DNA from: Candidatus Spyradocola sp.
Lineage (GTDB): Bacteria > Bacillota > Clostridia > Christensenellales > UBA1750
NCBI GenBank assembly: GCA_034113365.1
Contig: JAXEXP010000158.1
Coordinates: forward strand, 1,759 to 65,758
Reading direction: 5' to 3'
Length of the DNA: 64,000 nt
Below, piece after piece: positions 51,048 to 62,216 of the stretch (its first letter is position 1; each line of letters starts with the position of its first letter). Below the pieces are notes generated by a model. That model saw only the letters and a list, made by a program, of their open reading frames with translations, did not search any database and had not been told where the DNA came from. The position numbers and the translations under genes were made by a program.

Positions 51048-52553
51048 ATGGCCATCCAATACATCTATCCGGAATTTGAAGTGGTGCGCAACGCCGACCG
51101 CTGCATCGCCTGCCGCGTCTGCGAGCGGCAATGCGCCAACGAGGTGCATCACTACGACGGCGACCTCAAGAAGATGATCGCCGAGGAGAGCAAGTGCGTC
51201 TGCTGCCATCGCTGCGTCGCGCTCTGCCCCACCCACGCGCTCAAGATCGTCAAGAGCGACCACACCTTCCGCCCCAACACCAACTGGCAGGCGCAGACCA
51301 TCAACGAGATCTACCGACAGGCAGGCTCGGGCGGCGTGCTGCTGTCCTCGATGGGCAACCCGAAGGAATACCCCGTCTACTGGGACAAGCTGCTCATCAA
51401 CGCCTCGCAGGTGACCAACCCCTCCATCGACCCGCTGCGCGAGCCCATGGAGACGCGCATCTTCCTCGGCCGCAAGAGCGACGAGATCCGCCGCGACCCC
51501 GAGGGGAACCTCATCACCGACACCGCGCCGCAGCTGGAGCTGAACGTTCCCATCCTGTTCTCCGCGATGAGCTACGGCTCCATCTCCTACAACGCGCACG
51601 AATCGCTGGCGCGGGCGGCGCAGGCGCTGGGCACGCTGTACAACACCGGCGAGGGCGGCCTGCACGAGGACTTCTACCAGTACGGCGCGAACACCATCGT
51701 GCAGGTGGCGTCGGGGCGCTTCGGCGTGCACAAGGACTACCTGCAGGCGGGCGCGGCCATTGAGATCAAGATGGGTCAGGGCGCAAAGCCCGGCATCGGC
51801 GGCCACCTGCCCGGGGCCAAGATCGTGGGCGACGTATCGCGCACGCGCATGATCCCCGAGGGCAGCGACGCCATCTCCCCCGCGCCGCACCACGACATCT
51901 ACTCCATCGAGGATCTGCACCAGCTGGTGCATTCGCTCAAAGAAGCCACGCACTACAAAAAGCCCGTGATCGTCAAGATCGCGGCGGTGCACAACGTGGC
52001 GGCCATCGCGTCTGGCATCGCGCGCTCGGGCGCGGACATCATCGCCATCGACGGCTTCCGCGGCGGCACGGGCGCTGCGCCCACCCGCATCCGCGACAAC
52101 GTGGGCATCCCGATCGAGCTTGCGCTGGCGGCGGTGGATCAGCGGCTGCGCGGGGAGGGCATCCGCAACAACGTATCGCTGATCGTGGGCGGCTCCATCC
52201 GCTCGTCGGCGGACGTGGTCAAGGCCATCTGTCTGGGCGCGGACGCGGTCTACATCGCCACCGCCGCGCTGATGGCGCTGGGCTGCCATCTGTGCCGCTC
52301 CTGTCAGGCGGGCAAGTGCAACTGGGGCATCGCGACGCAGCGTCCCGAGCTGGTCAAGCGCCTCAACCCCGACATCGGCTCCGAGCGGCTGATCAATCTG
52401 GTGACCGCGTGGAACCACGAGATCAAGGAAATGATGGGCGGCATGGGCATCAACAGCATCGAGTCCATGCGCGGCAACCGGCTGATGCTGCGCGGCGTGG
52501 GGCTGACCGAGAAGGAGCTTGAGATCCTGGGCGTCAAGCACGCGGGCGAATAA
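51048..52553 (+). CDS. Glutamate synthase FMN-binding domain protein with an N-terminal 4Fe-4S ferredoxin module
   Basis: CIACRVCERQC...CVCCHRCVALCP, then ...FSAMSYGSIS...KMGQGAKPGIGGHLPG...HHDIYSIEDL...DGFRGGTGAAP. Confidence 0.9.
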   Translation: MAIQYIYPEFEVVRNADRCIACRVCERQCANEVHHYDGDLKKMIAEESKCVCCHRCVALCPTHALKIVKSDHTFRPNTNWQAQTINEIYRQAGSGGVLLSSMGNPKEYPVYWDKLLINASQVTNPSIDPLREPMETRIFLGRKSDEIRRDPEGNLITDTAPQLELNVPILFSAMSYGSISYNAHESLARAAQALGTLYNTGEGGLHEDFYQYGANTIVQVASGRFGVHKDYLQAGAAIEIKMGQGAKPGIGGHLPGAKIVGDVSRTRMIPEGSDAISPAPHHDIYSIEDLHQLVHSLKEATHYKKPVIVKIAAVHNVAAIASGIARSGADIIAIDGFRGGTGAAPTRIRDNVGIPIELALAAVDQRLRGEGIRNNVSLIVGGSIRSSADVVKAICLGADAVYIATAALMALGCHLCRSCQAGKCNWGIATQRPELVKRLNPDIGSERLINLVTAWNHEIKEMMGGMGINSIESMRGNRLMLRGVGLTEKELEILGVKHAGE

Positions 52554-52570
52554 AGGAGGGCAGAACGGAT

Positions 52571-52999
52571 ATGAAACGCATCTATGTAGAGGAAAAATGG
52601 TGTCTGGGCTGCCACCTGTGCGAGTACAACTGCGCATTTGCCAACAGCGGCAGCGACAGCATGGTCAAGGCTCTCAAGGACAAGCCCATCCATCCGCGCA
52701 TTCAGGTGGAGGAGCAGGACGGCGTGTGCTACGCGGTGTCCTGCCGCCACTGCACCGAACCGCTGTGCGTCAAGTCCTGCATCAGCGGCGCGCTGAGCCA
52801 GCAGGACGGCGCGATCTTCATCGACCCGGACAAGTGCGTGGGCTGCTACACCTGCGTGCTGGCCTGCCCCTACGGCTGCATCATGCCGACCGAGGAAGGC
52901 CCCGTGCAGAAGTGCGAGCTGTGCATGAAGAACGCCGCCGGCGCGCCCGCGTGCGTGGCGGGCTGTCCCAACCGCGCCATCGTGTATGAGGAGAGGTGA
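52571..52999 (+). CDS. 4Fe-4S dicluster domain protein
   Basis: CLGCHLCEYNC, CRHCTEPLCVKSC, CVGCYTCVLACP and CELC...C motifs. Confidence 0.85.
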   Translation: MKRIYVEEKWCLGCHLCEYNCAFANSGSDSMVKALKDKPIHPRIQVEEQDGVCYAVSCRHCTEPLCVKSCISGALSQQDGAIFIDPDKCVGCYTCVLACPYGCIMPTEEGPVQKCELCMKNAAGAPACVAGCPNRAIVYEER

Positions 53000-53003
53000 G
53001 CAT

Positions 53004-54233
53004 ATGAAATACGTCATCATCGGCAACTCCGCGGCGGCGGTGGGCGGCGTGGAGGGCATCCGCTCGGTGGACAAGGAGGGCAGCATCACGCTGATTTCCT
53101 CCGAGCCGCACCACACCTACTCCCGGCCGCTGATCTCCTACCTTGCCTGGGGCAAGACGGATGAGCCGCACATGAAATACCGTCCCGACGATTTCTACGA
53201 AAAGAACGGCGTCACGCCGCTGCTGGGCTGCACGGCGGTGTCCATCGACCGGCAGACCCGCACGGTGGCGCTGGCGGACGGCAAAAAGGTTCCCTATGAC
53301 AGGCTGCTGGTTGCGACGGGCTCCTCGCCGTTCGTGCCCCCGATGGAGGGGCTGGAAACGGTGGAGAACAAGTTCAGCTTCATGACGCTGGACGACGCCA
53401 GGGCGCTGATGGCGGCGCTTCAGCCCGACAGCCGCGTGCTGATCGTGGGCGCGGGCCTGATCGGCATGAAGTGCGCCGAGGGCATCCGCCACCTGTGCGG
53501 CGAAATGACGATCCTGGACCTTGCGCCGCGCATCCTTCCCGCCGTGCTGGACGAAGAGGGCTCGGCAATTGTGCAGAAGCATGTGGAGGCACAGGGCATC
53601 ACCTTCCATCTTTCCGACAGCGTGGCGCGCTTTGAGCCGCACACGGCGCACCTGAAATCGGGCGCGACGGTGGACTTTGACGTGCTGGTGCTGGCGGTGG
53701 GCGTGCGGCCCAATGCGCAGCTGGTGCAGGATGCGGGCGGCAAGGTGGCGCGCGGCATCGTGACCGACGAGCGCCAGTGCACGACGCTGGAGAACATCTA
53801 CGCGGCGGGCGACTGCACGGTGAGCCACGACATCACGAGCGGTTTGGACAAGATACTCGCGCTGCTGCCCAATGCGTACCTGCAGGGCGAGGTTGCGGGC
53901 AAGAACATGGCGGGCGGCGACGCGGTCTACGACAAGGCCATCCCGATGAACGCAGGCGGCTTCTTCGGGCTGCACATCGCCACCTGCGGCGACCTGCACG
54001 GCGAGGATTCCATCTCGCGCGAAAACGGCAGCTACAAGCGGCTGGTGGTGCGCGACGGCAAGCTTAAAGGCTTCATCCTCATCGGGGACGTGGCGCGCGC
54101 GGGCATCTACACGTCGCTGGTGCGCGAGCAGACGCCGCTGTGCTCCATCGACTTTGAGCTGATCAAGCAAAAGCCGCAGCTGATGGCCTTTGCCGCGGAC
54201 GCGCGCAGGAAGAAGCTGGGAGGTGTTGTGTGA
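53004..54233 (+). CDS. NAD(P)/FAD-dependent pyridine-nucleotide-disulfide oxidoreductase
   Basis: Start at ATG 53004. MKYVIIGNSAAAVG and the second Rossmann fold VLIVGAGLIGMKCAE. Confidence 0.85.
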   Translation: MKYVIIGNSAAAVGGVEGIRSVDKEGSITLISSEPHHTYSRPLISYLAWGKTDEPHMKYRPDDFYEKNGVTPLLGCTAVSIDRQTRTVALADGKKVPYDRLLVATGSSPFVPPMEGLETVENKFSFMTLDDARALMAALQPDSRVLIVGAGLIGMKCAEGIRHLCGEMTILDLAPRILPAVLDEEGSAIVQKHVEAQGITFHLSDSVARFEPHTAHLKSGATVDFDVLVLAVGVRPNAQLVQDAGGKVARGIVTDERQCTTLENIYAAGDCTVSHDITSGLDKILALLPNAYLQGEVAGKNMAGGDAVYDKAIPMNAGGFFGLHIATCGDLHGEDSISRENGSYKRLVVRDGKLKGFILIGDVARAGIYTSLVREQTPLCSIDFELIKQKPQLMAFAADARRKKLGGVV

Positions 54234-54958
54234 TGACGCGCATCAACGTAAAGGGGCTGGCGTTTCGCCAGGTCAATGAGAAGATCGAGCAGACGCACGA
54301 CCGCGACATCGTGCTGGAAAACGTGTGCGGGCAGCGCTACATCGGCGCGGGCTCCTCGGGGCGGCATCTGGTGATCGAGGGCGTGCCGGGCAACGCGCTG
54401 GGCGCCTACCTGGACGGCACGACCATTGAGGTCTCCGGCAACGCGCAGGACGCCACCGGCGACACCATGAACGACGGCGACATCATCGTAAACGGCTCCT
54501 CGGGCGACGCGACGGGCTATGCGATGCGCGGCGGACGCATCTTCGTGCGCGGCAGCGTGGGCTACCGCGCGGGCATCCACATGAAGGCCTATAAGGACAA
54601 GATCCCCGCGGTGGTCATCGGCGGCGAGGCGGGCTGCTTCCTGGGCGAGTACCAGGCGGGCGGGCGCATCGTGGTGCTGGGACTGGACACGGAGGGCCGC
54701 GCGCCGGTGGACGCGTTCTGCGCAACGGGCATGCACGGCGGCGTGATCTACCTGCGCAGCGACGTGCTGCCCGACGACCTGCCCCCGCAGGTGGTGGCGC
54801 ACCGCGCCGGCGCGGAGGATCTGGCCGACATCGAAAAGTACGTGCTGCCCTTCTGCCAGCACTTCGGGCTGGACGTCAAGAACGTTATGGATCACAACTT
54901 CTTTTGCCTGAAACCTAACACAAATAACCCTTACAAACAGCTTTACACGCAAAACTGA
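54233..54958 (+). CDS. GXGXG-motif protein (glutamate synthase domain-3-like)
   Basis: TGATG overlap with the upstream gene. Repeated beta-helix turns ...GVPGNALGAYLDGTTIEVSGNAQDATGDTMNDGDIIVNGSSGDATGYAMRGGRIFVRGSVGYRAG. Confidence 0.85.
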   Translation: MTRINVKGLAFRQVNEKIEQTHDRDIVLENVCGQRYIGAGSSGRHLVIEGVPGNALGAYLDGTTIEVSGNAQDATGDTMNDGDIIVNGSSGDATGYAMRGGRIFVRGSVGYRAGIHMKAYKDKIPAVVIGGEAGCFLGEYQAGGRIVVLGLDTEGRAPVDAFCATGMHGGVIYLRSDVLPDDLPPQVVAHRAGAEDLADIEKYVLPFCQHFGLDVKNVMDHNFFCLKPNTNNPYKQLYTQN

Positions 54959-54970
54959 TCGCAGTATAAT
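54942..54970 (+). promoter_or_regulatory. Promoter of glnA
   Basis: TTTACA, 17-nt spacer, TATAAT (54965-70). Confidence 0.6.
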
Positions 54971-55041
54971 TGGATGTAAATTTTTTAATGCCGTTTGGTT
55001 TCGGCAGGATCCCCCACGCGGGGCAATTAAGGAGGCGCACC

Positions 55042-56259
55042 ATGAGTTACACCGACACGGAGGTATTGCAGTTTGTGCGGGAGAACGACGTCAAGTTCAT
55101 CCGCCTGGCCTTCTGCGACATTTACGGCACGCTCAAGAACATCGCCATCATGGCCGAGGAGCTGCCGCGCGCGTTTGAATACGGCCTCGCATTCAACGCG
55201 GGGATGGTCCGGGGCTTTTCCTCCGCCACGCACGACGACATGGTGCTGCACCCCGACGCCTCCACGCTGGAGGTGCTGCCCTGGCGGCCGCAGACGGGCC
55301 GCGTGGCGCGCTTCTACTGCGACATCACCTACCCCGACGGCACGCCCTTTGAGCAGGACGGCCGGCAGATCCTGCGTCAGGCGCTGAGCGCGGCGCAGGA
55401 GCGGGGCATCACGGCGCGCATCGCGGCAAAGAGCGAGTTCTACCTCTTCCGCCTGGACGAAAACGGCGACCCCACCGCCATCCCGCACGACAACGCGGGC
55501 TTTCTGGACGTGGCGCCCCACGATCGCGGCGAGAACGTGCGCCGCGACATCTGCCTGAACCTGGAGCAGATGGGCATCCGCCCGATGTCCTCTCACCACG
55601 AGATGGGCCCCGGCCAGAACGAGATCGCCATCGCGCCCGAGGAGCCCATGGTGGCGGCGGATCACTGCGTGACCTTCCGCAACCTGGTGGGCACCATCGC
55701 CGCGCGCAACGGCCTGTACGCCGACATGGGCCCCAAGCCCATGCCCGAGCACGAGGGCAGCGGCTTCCACCTGAGCCTGAACGTGGTCAAGGACGGCCGC
55801 CCGCTGTTCGCGCCCGTGGACGGGCAGCTGACCCAGCCTGCGCAGTCCTTCATCGCGGGCATCCTCCATCACATGCCGGAGATGACGCTGTTCCTGAACT
55901 CCACGCCCGCCTCCTATGCGCGTTTGGGCAACCCCGACGCGCCCAAGGCGGTGGCCTGGAGTCAGCGCGGCCGCACGCAGATCGTGCGCGTGCCGCTGCC
56001 GCAGGGCGACAACGCGCGCGTGGAGCTGCGCTCGCCCGACAACCTGTGCAACCCCTACGTCGTCTACGCGCTGACGCTGCTGGCGGGCATGGACGGCATG
56101 GAGCGCGGCCTTGCGCTGCCGCCTGCCGACGCGCCCACGGGCGATGCGCTGCCCGATTCCATGCAGCATGCGGCGGAGCTTGCCGCGGCATCGTCTTTCC
56201 TTAAAAAGGTGCTGCCCGCACAGACGCTGCACGCCTACCTCACCCGCAGCCCCAACTGA
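55042..56259 (+). CDS. glnA: Glutamine synthetase, short type I-like
   Basis: Start at ATG 55042 (RBS AAGGAGG). ...VKFIRLAFCDIYGTLKNIAI...HHEMGPGQNEI...GSGFHLSL...NSYARLG...RSPD. Confidence 0.9.
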   Translation: MSYTDTEVLQFVRENDVKFIRLAFCDIYGTLKNIAIMAEELPRAFEYGLAFNAGMVRGFSSATHDDMVLHPDASTLEVLPWRPQTGRVARFYCDITYPDGTPFEQDGRQILRQALSAAQERGITARIAAKSEFYLFRLDENGDPTAIPHDNAGFLDVAPHDRGENVRRDICLNLEQMGIRPMSSHHEMGPGQNEIAIAPEEPMVAADHCVTFRNLVGTIAARNGLYADMGPKPMPEHEGSGFHLSLNVVKDGRPLFAPVDGQLTQPAQSFIAGILHHMPEMTLFLNSTPASYARLGNPDAPKAVAWSQRGRTQIVRVPLPQGDNARVELRSPDNLCNPYVVYALTLLAGMDGMERGLALPPADAPTGDALPDSMQHAAELAAASSFLKKVLPAQTLHAYLTRSPN

Positions 56260-56310
56260 CATCCCTTGTCCCCTCCGGGCTTTTAAGGCAGGAAAGGAGC
56301 GAACGCGCGC

Positions 56311-56880
56311 ATGGATAGCGCATTGCTGGTCTCCAGCAGCGACAAGGGCAGGCAGATGCTGCTGGAGCTGATGAACGGCTCGCAGCCCATGAAACTGACC
56401 ACCGCATCCAGCGGCAGCGAGGCCAGACGCCTGGCCGCTGAGATCGAATACGACCTGATCATCGTCAACGCGCCGCTGTCCGACGAATACGGCGACGGTC
56501 TTTCGGCCACCCTTTCGATGGATACCTCCGCAGGCATACTGCTGATCGTGCGCGCTGAGAACGCGGACGAGGTGGCGGAAAAGGTGGAGGACATGGGTGT
56601 GATGGTGCTGGGCAAGCCCATCGGCCGGGCGATGTTCTACCAGGCCATCAAGATGGTGACGGCCGCGCGGCGCAGGGTGCTGGGCCTCAAGTCCGAAAAC
56701 CTGCAGCTGCAGAAGAAGATCGACGAGATCCGCATGGTGGACCGCGCCAAGTGCGCGCTGATTCAGTATCTGTCCATGACGGAGCCGCAGGCGCACCGCT
56801 ACATCGAAAAGCAGGCGATGGACCGCAGGCAGACGCGCATGCAGATCGCACAGTCCATCATCAAAATCTACGAACCATAG
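56311..56880 (+). CDS. ANTAR-domain response-regulator-like RNA-binding antiterminator
   Basis: The receiver-like N-terminus is followed by a coiled coil and ...IDEIRMVDRAKCALIQYLSMTEPQAHRYIEKQAMDRRQTRMQIAQSII (ANTAR). Confidence 0.9.
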   Translation: MDSALLVSSSDKGRQMLLELMNGSQPMKLTTASSGSEARRLAAEIEYDLIIVNAPLSDEYGDGLSATLSMDTSAGILLIVRAENADEVAEKVEDMGVMVLGKPIGRAMFYQAIKMVTAARRRVLGLKSENLQLQKKIDEIRMVDRAKCALIQYLSMTEPQAHRYIEKQAMDRRQTRMQIAQSIIKIYEP

Positions 56881-56882
56881 CC

Positions 56883-56907
56883 AAGGGGGATCTCTCCCCC
56901 TTTTTTT
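56883..56907 (+). terminator. Intrinsic terminator after the ANTAR gene
   Basis: AAGGGGGA-TCTC-TCCCCCTT followed by TTTTT. Confidence 0.7.
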
Positions 56908-56915
56908 AGTGATAA

Positions 56916-58544
<1,629 letters not shown>

Positions 58545-58584
58545 GATCGCTCCCCCCGCAAACACACATCCAAGGAGGAACCCC

Positions 58585-59775
58585 ATGCGCATCAACGCAA
58601 ACTACCGCAACATCAAGGACAGCTACCTGTTTTCCACGATCGGAAAGAAAGTGTCGGCGTTCACCGCCGCGCACCCCGAGGCCGACGTGATCCGCCTGGG
58701 CATCGGCGACGTGACGCGCCCGCTCAGCCCCGCCGTGGTGGAGGCGATGGCCAACGCCGCGCGCGAGCTGGGTACGCCCGAGGGCTTCCACGGCTACATC
58801 CCCTCCGAGCAGGGCTATTTCTTCCTGCGCGAGGCCATCGCGAGCTACTACGCGGGCCACGGCGTGATGCTCTCCCCCGACGAGATCTTCATCAGCGACG
58901 GCGCCAAGAGCGACCTTGGCAACCTGCTGGATCTGTTCGACGCGGACAACACCGTGCTCATCCCCGACCCCGTCTACCCCGCCTACGTCGACGCCAACGT
59001 CATGGCCGGCCGCCGCGTGGTCTACTGCGACGCCACGGTAGAGAACGGCTTCCTGCCGCTGCCCTACGACAGCGTCCGCGCAGACCTCATCTACATCTGC
59101 TCGCCCAACAACCCCCCCGGCGCGGTGTACGGCCGCGAGGGGCTGAAAAAATGGGTGGACTACGCGCTTAAAAACGACGCGATCCTGCTCTTTGACGCGG
59201 CCTACGAGGCCTTCATCGGCGATCCCGCGCTGCCCCGCTCCATCTACGAGATCGAGGGCGCGGCGCAGTGTGCCATCGAGGTGTGCTCCTTCTCCAAGAT
59301 GGCGGGCTTCACCGGCACGCGCTGCGGCTGGACGGTGGTGCCGGAGGCGCTGGTGCGCGAGGGCATGAGCCTCAACCGCATGTGGATGCGCCGCCAGACC
59401 ACCAAGTACAACGGCACGCCCTACGTCATCCATCGCGCGGCCGAGGCGGTGTTCACGGACGAGGGCTACCGCCAGTGCATGGAGTCCATCGCCTATTATA
59501 AGGAAAACGCCCGCATCATGGCCGGCACGCTGGATCGGCTGGGCATCTTCTACACCGGCGGCGTCAACTCGCCCTACATCTGGCTGCGCTGCCCGGGCGG
59601 GCTGGACAGCTGGACGTTCTTCGACAAGCTGCTGGAGCAGGCCAACGTGGTGGGCACGCCCGGCGAGGGCTTCGGCGCGAACGGCGAGGGCTTCTTCCGC
59701 CTGACCGCCTTCAACACCCGCGAAAAGACCGCCGAGGCCATGCAGCGCTTCGAGCGCCTCGCGCGCAGCCTGTAA
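58585..59775 (+). CDS. dapL: LL-diaminopimelate aminotransferase-like PLP enzyme
   Basis: Start at ATG 58585 (RBS AAGGAGG). MRINANYRNIKDSYLFSTIGKKV...IRLGIGDVTRPL...SFSKMAGFTGTRCG. Confidence 0.8.
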   Translation: MRINANYRNIKDSYLFSTIGKKVSAFTAAHPEADVIRLGIGDVTRPLSPAVVEAMANAARELGTPEGFHGYIPSEQGYFFLREAIASYYAGHGVMLSPDEIFISDGAKSDLGNLLDLFDADNTVLIPDPVYPAYVDANVMAGRRVVYCDATVENGFLPLPYDSVRADLIYICSPNNPPGAVYGREGLKKWVDYALKNDAILLFDAAYEAFIGDPALPRSIYEIEGAAQCAIEVCSFSKMAGFTGTRCGWTVVPEALVREGMSLNRMWMRRQTTKYNGTPYVIHRAAEAVFTDEGYRQCMESIAYYKENARIMAGTLDRLGIFYTGGVNSPYIWLRCPGGLDSWTFFDKLLEQANVVGTPGEGFGANGEGFFRLTAFNTREKTAEAMQRFERLARSL

Positions 59776-59789
59776 AAGACCGCGTTTTA

Positions 59790-59830
59790 CGCCCGGATGG
59801 GAGCTTTCCCCGTCCGGGCGTTGCATTTTG
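59790..59830 (+). terminator. Intrinsic terminator after dapL
   Basis: CGCCCGGA-(15 nt)-TCCGGGCG followed by TTGCATTTTG. Confidence 0.6.
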
Positions 59831-59890
59831 CGGCGGTTTCTGGTATACCTGATTGCAGAATACAGCCTGTCGGGGGTGCGGAAACTAACC

Positions 59891-60379
59891 ATGTTTGCTA
59901 TTCTATCGATCCGCGACGCGGCGGCGGCGCAGCTGACGAACGCCGGGGATGAGTCCTGGGCGGCGCGTTTGCGCGAACTGCCGCCGGAGCGCATCCACAT
60001 CGCCGTGTGCGTCGAGCCGTATCTGACCCGCATCTTCACCGGGGAAAAGACGCTGGAATCCCGCCTGGCGCGGCATCGCGTCGCGCCGTGGCATCGGGTC
60101 AGGGCGGGAGATGCGGTGCTGCTGAAGCGCTCCGGCGGGCCGGTCGTGGGCGGGTTCGAGGTTTCGGCGTGCGATTTTATTGAGATCGGCGACATCGAAG
60201 CATTCTGGGCGCGATACGGCGATGCGCTGTGCGTGGGCGAGGATTTCCGGCAGCGCAAGCGGGCCAGCCGCTATGCCACGCTGCTCACGGTGGGACGCCC
60301 CTTTTCGCTGCCCGAGCCCATCCCCTGCCGGGAGAAAAACCGGCGGTCGTGGATCGATTTTCCGCAGGAACAGCCATAA
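59891..60379 (+). CDS. ASCH-like domain protein
   Basis: Start at ATG 59891. ...VEPYLTRIFTGEKTLESRL...GDAVLLKRSGGPVVG. Confidence 0.6.
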   Translation: MFAILSIRDAAAAQLTNAGDESWAARLRELPPERIHIAVCVEPYLTRIFTGEKTLESRLARHRVAPWHRVRAGDAVLLKRSGGPVVGGFEVSACDFIEIGDIEAFWARYGDALCVGEDFRQRKRASRYATLLTVGRPFSLPEPIPCREKNRRSWIDFPQEQP

Positions 60380-60391
60380 CGGAGGGATCTT

Positions 60392-60868
60392 ATGACAATG
60401 GAAGCAAAGCCGGCGCGGCTGTCACGCACGGTGCAGACGCAGATCGTGCTCAACGAGCACATCAACGGCGCAGGTCGCCTGTTCGGCGGGCGGCTGATGG
60501 AGTGGATCGACATCGTTGCGGGCGTGGCGGCGCGGCGGCATTCCGGGCGCAACGTGACCACCGCGTCGGTGGACACGCTGTCCTTCAAGGCGCCCGCGTA
60601 CCTCAACGACACGGTGTCCATCGAGGGCGTGGTGACCTGCACCGGGCGCACGTCGATGGAGGTGCGCGTGGACACCTACGTCGAGGCGCTGGACGGGCAG
60701 CGCAGCATGATCAACCGCGCGTATCTGGTGCTGGTGGCGCTGGACGCGCAGGGGCATCCCACTCCCGTACCCCCTCTGCTGGCCGAGACCGACGAGGAAC
60801 GGGCCGAGCAAGAGGCGGGTCTGCGCCGCAATGCGCTGCGCAAACAGCGTCAGAAGGAACAATTTTAG
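60392..60868 (+). CDS. Acyl-CoA thioesterase (hotdog fold)
   Basis: ...NEHINGAGRLFGGRLMEWIDIVAG...TASVDTLSFKAP. Confidence 0.85.
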   Translation: MTMEAKPARLSRTVQTQIVLNEHINGAGRLFGGRLMEWIDIVAGVAARRHSGRNVTTASVDTLSFKAPAYLNDTVSIEGVVTCTGRTSMEVRVDTYVEALDGQRSMINRAYLVLVALDAQGHPTPVPPLLAETDEERAEQEAGLRRNALRKQRQKEQF

Positions 60869-60953
60869 GGATTCTCAAAAATAATTCTTGACATTCCTCC
60901 CCGTTTTTTGGTATGCTCGGATTCCATTTTTTCACACAAAAGGAGAGGTTTTC

Positions 60954-61694
60954 ATGGAAAACGTCACGAAAAACGACCTGCTTGCCGCGCTGCGCGCGCT
61001 GGGCGTGCGTCCCGGGGACGTGCTGGAGGTGCACAGCTCGCTGAGCAGCTTCGGGCACGTGGAGGGCGGCGCGGAAACCGTGGTAGCGGCGCTCAAGGAG
61101 GCGGTGACCGAGGAGGGCACGCTGTTCATGCCGGCGCTGCGCCTGTCGCCGCCCGTGCCGCTGACGGACGAGGACAGGGCGCTGGGGCTGACGAGCAGGA
61201 TCCGCATCCTGCCGCCCGACGCGCCGCGCACCGCGATGGGCGCCATCGCCGACCTGTTCCGCGTGCAGGAGGGCACGGTGGTGTCGGACGGCGTGTTCCG
61301 CGTGGCGGCGTGGGGCAAACACGCGGGCGAGGCGCTGACCGGCGGGCTGGACTATGTGATCGCCAACGGCGGAAAAGCGCTGCTGATGGGCGTGGACATC
61401 TACCGGCTGACGGCGATGCACTACGTCGAGGACGCGCTGCCGCAGAAGGTGCGCGACGTTTTCGCCCCCTCCGCCGAGGCGCTGCGCCGCTACCCGGAGG
61501 ACGAATGGCTCATCGAGGCGGGCGAGCCGCCCATCAAGGCGTGGTACACCATTCAGGATCGCGCCTATGCGCGCGGGCTGATCCAGGAGATGCGCGTGGG
61601 CGCGAGCCGCTGGATGGTCCTGCCCGTGCGCAACGTGACCGAGCTGTACCGGCAGGCGCTGCTGACCGAGGGTAGCGCGCTGTACGGCCTGTAA
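60954..61694 (+). CDS. Aminoglycoside N3-acetyltransferase (AAC(3)) family protein
   Basis: Start at ATG 60954 (RBS AGGAGAGG). ...LGVRPGDVLEVHSSLSSFG... Confidence 0.8.
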   Translation: MENVTKNDLLAALRALGVRPGDVLEVHSSLSSFGHVEGGAETVVAALKEAVTEEGTLFMPALRLSPPVPLTDEDRALGLTSRIRILPPDAPRTAMGAIADLFRVQEGTVVSDGVFRVAAWGKHAGEALTGGLDYVIANGGKALLMGVDIYRLTAMHYVEDALPQKVRDVFAPSAEALRRYPEDEWLIEAGEPPIKAWYTIQDRAYARGLIQEMRVGASRWMVLPVRNVTELYRQALLTEGSALYGL

Positions 61695-61715
61695 CACACA
61701 GAAAGGAAGCCTACG

Positions 61716-62216
61716 ATGCGAAGAAGCGACCGACAGATCACCGACCTTGCCGCCATCCGAACCATACTGGAGGGCGAAAACCACCTGCACCTGGGCCTTG
61801 CGGACGGCAGGATGCCCTATGTGGTGCCGATGAGTTACGGCTACACGCTGGACGACGAAGGCAGGCTGACGTTCCACCTGCACTGCGCCGACGAGGGCGA
61901 AAAGCTGGACATCCTGCGCCGCAACCCGCAGGTGTGCTTTGAGGTGTCGCGTCAGGTGCGCATCGTGCCCAGCGACACCACGGACAAGTGGACGGCGAAG
62001 TACCGCAGCGTGGTCGGCTTTGGCCGCGCGGTGATCGAGCAGACGCGGCAGGAGAAGGAGCGCTCGCTGACGGTGCTGCTGCGCCACCTGGGCTACGAGG
62101 GCGAAGCGCAGTTCCGCGGGGAGATCGTGGACCGCATCGTGACCATCCGCATCGAGGCGGAAAGCTACACGGGCAAGAGCAACATCAAGCCCGGCGAGGA
62201 GGGCTGCGTGCGATGA
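61716..62216 (+). CDS. Pyridoxamine 5'-phosphate oxidase family (Nim-like) flavoprotein
   Basis: MRRSDRQITD...HLGLADGRMPYVVPMSYG. Confidence 0.8.
   Translation: MRRSDRQITDLAAIRTILEGENHLHLGLADGRMPYVVPMSYGYTLDDEGRLTFHLHCADEGEKLDILRRNPQVCFEVSRQVRIVPSDTTDKWTAKYRSVVGFGRAVIEQTRQEKERSLTVLLRHLGYEGEAQFRGEIVDRIVTIRIEAESYTGKSNIKPGEEGCVR

Noticed and set aside
54971-55041. ANTAR-type attenuator in the glnA leader
   Set aside because: Two hairpins exist (TGCCG-TTTGGTTT-CGGCA and CCCC-ACGC-GGGG). Their loops are not A1/G4 hexaloops, and no terminator U-run follows.
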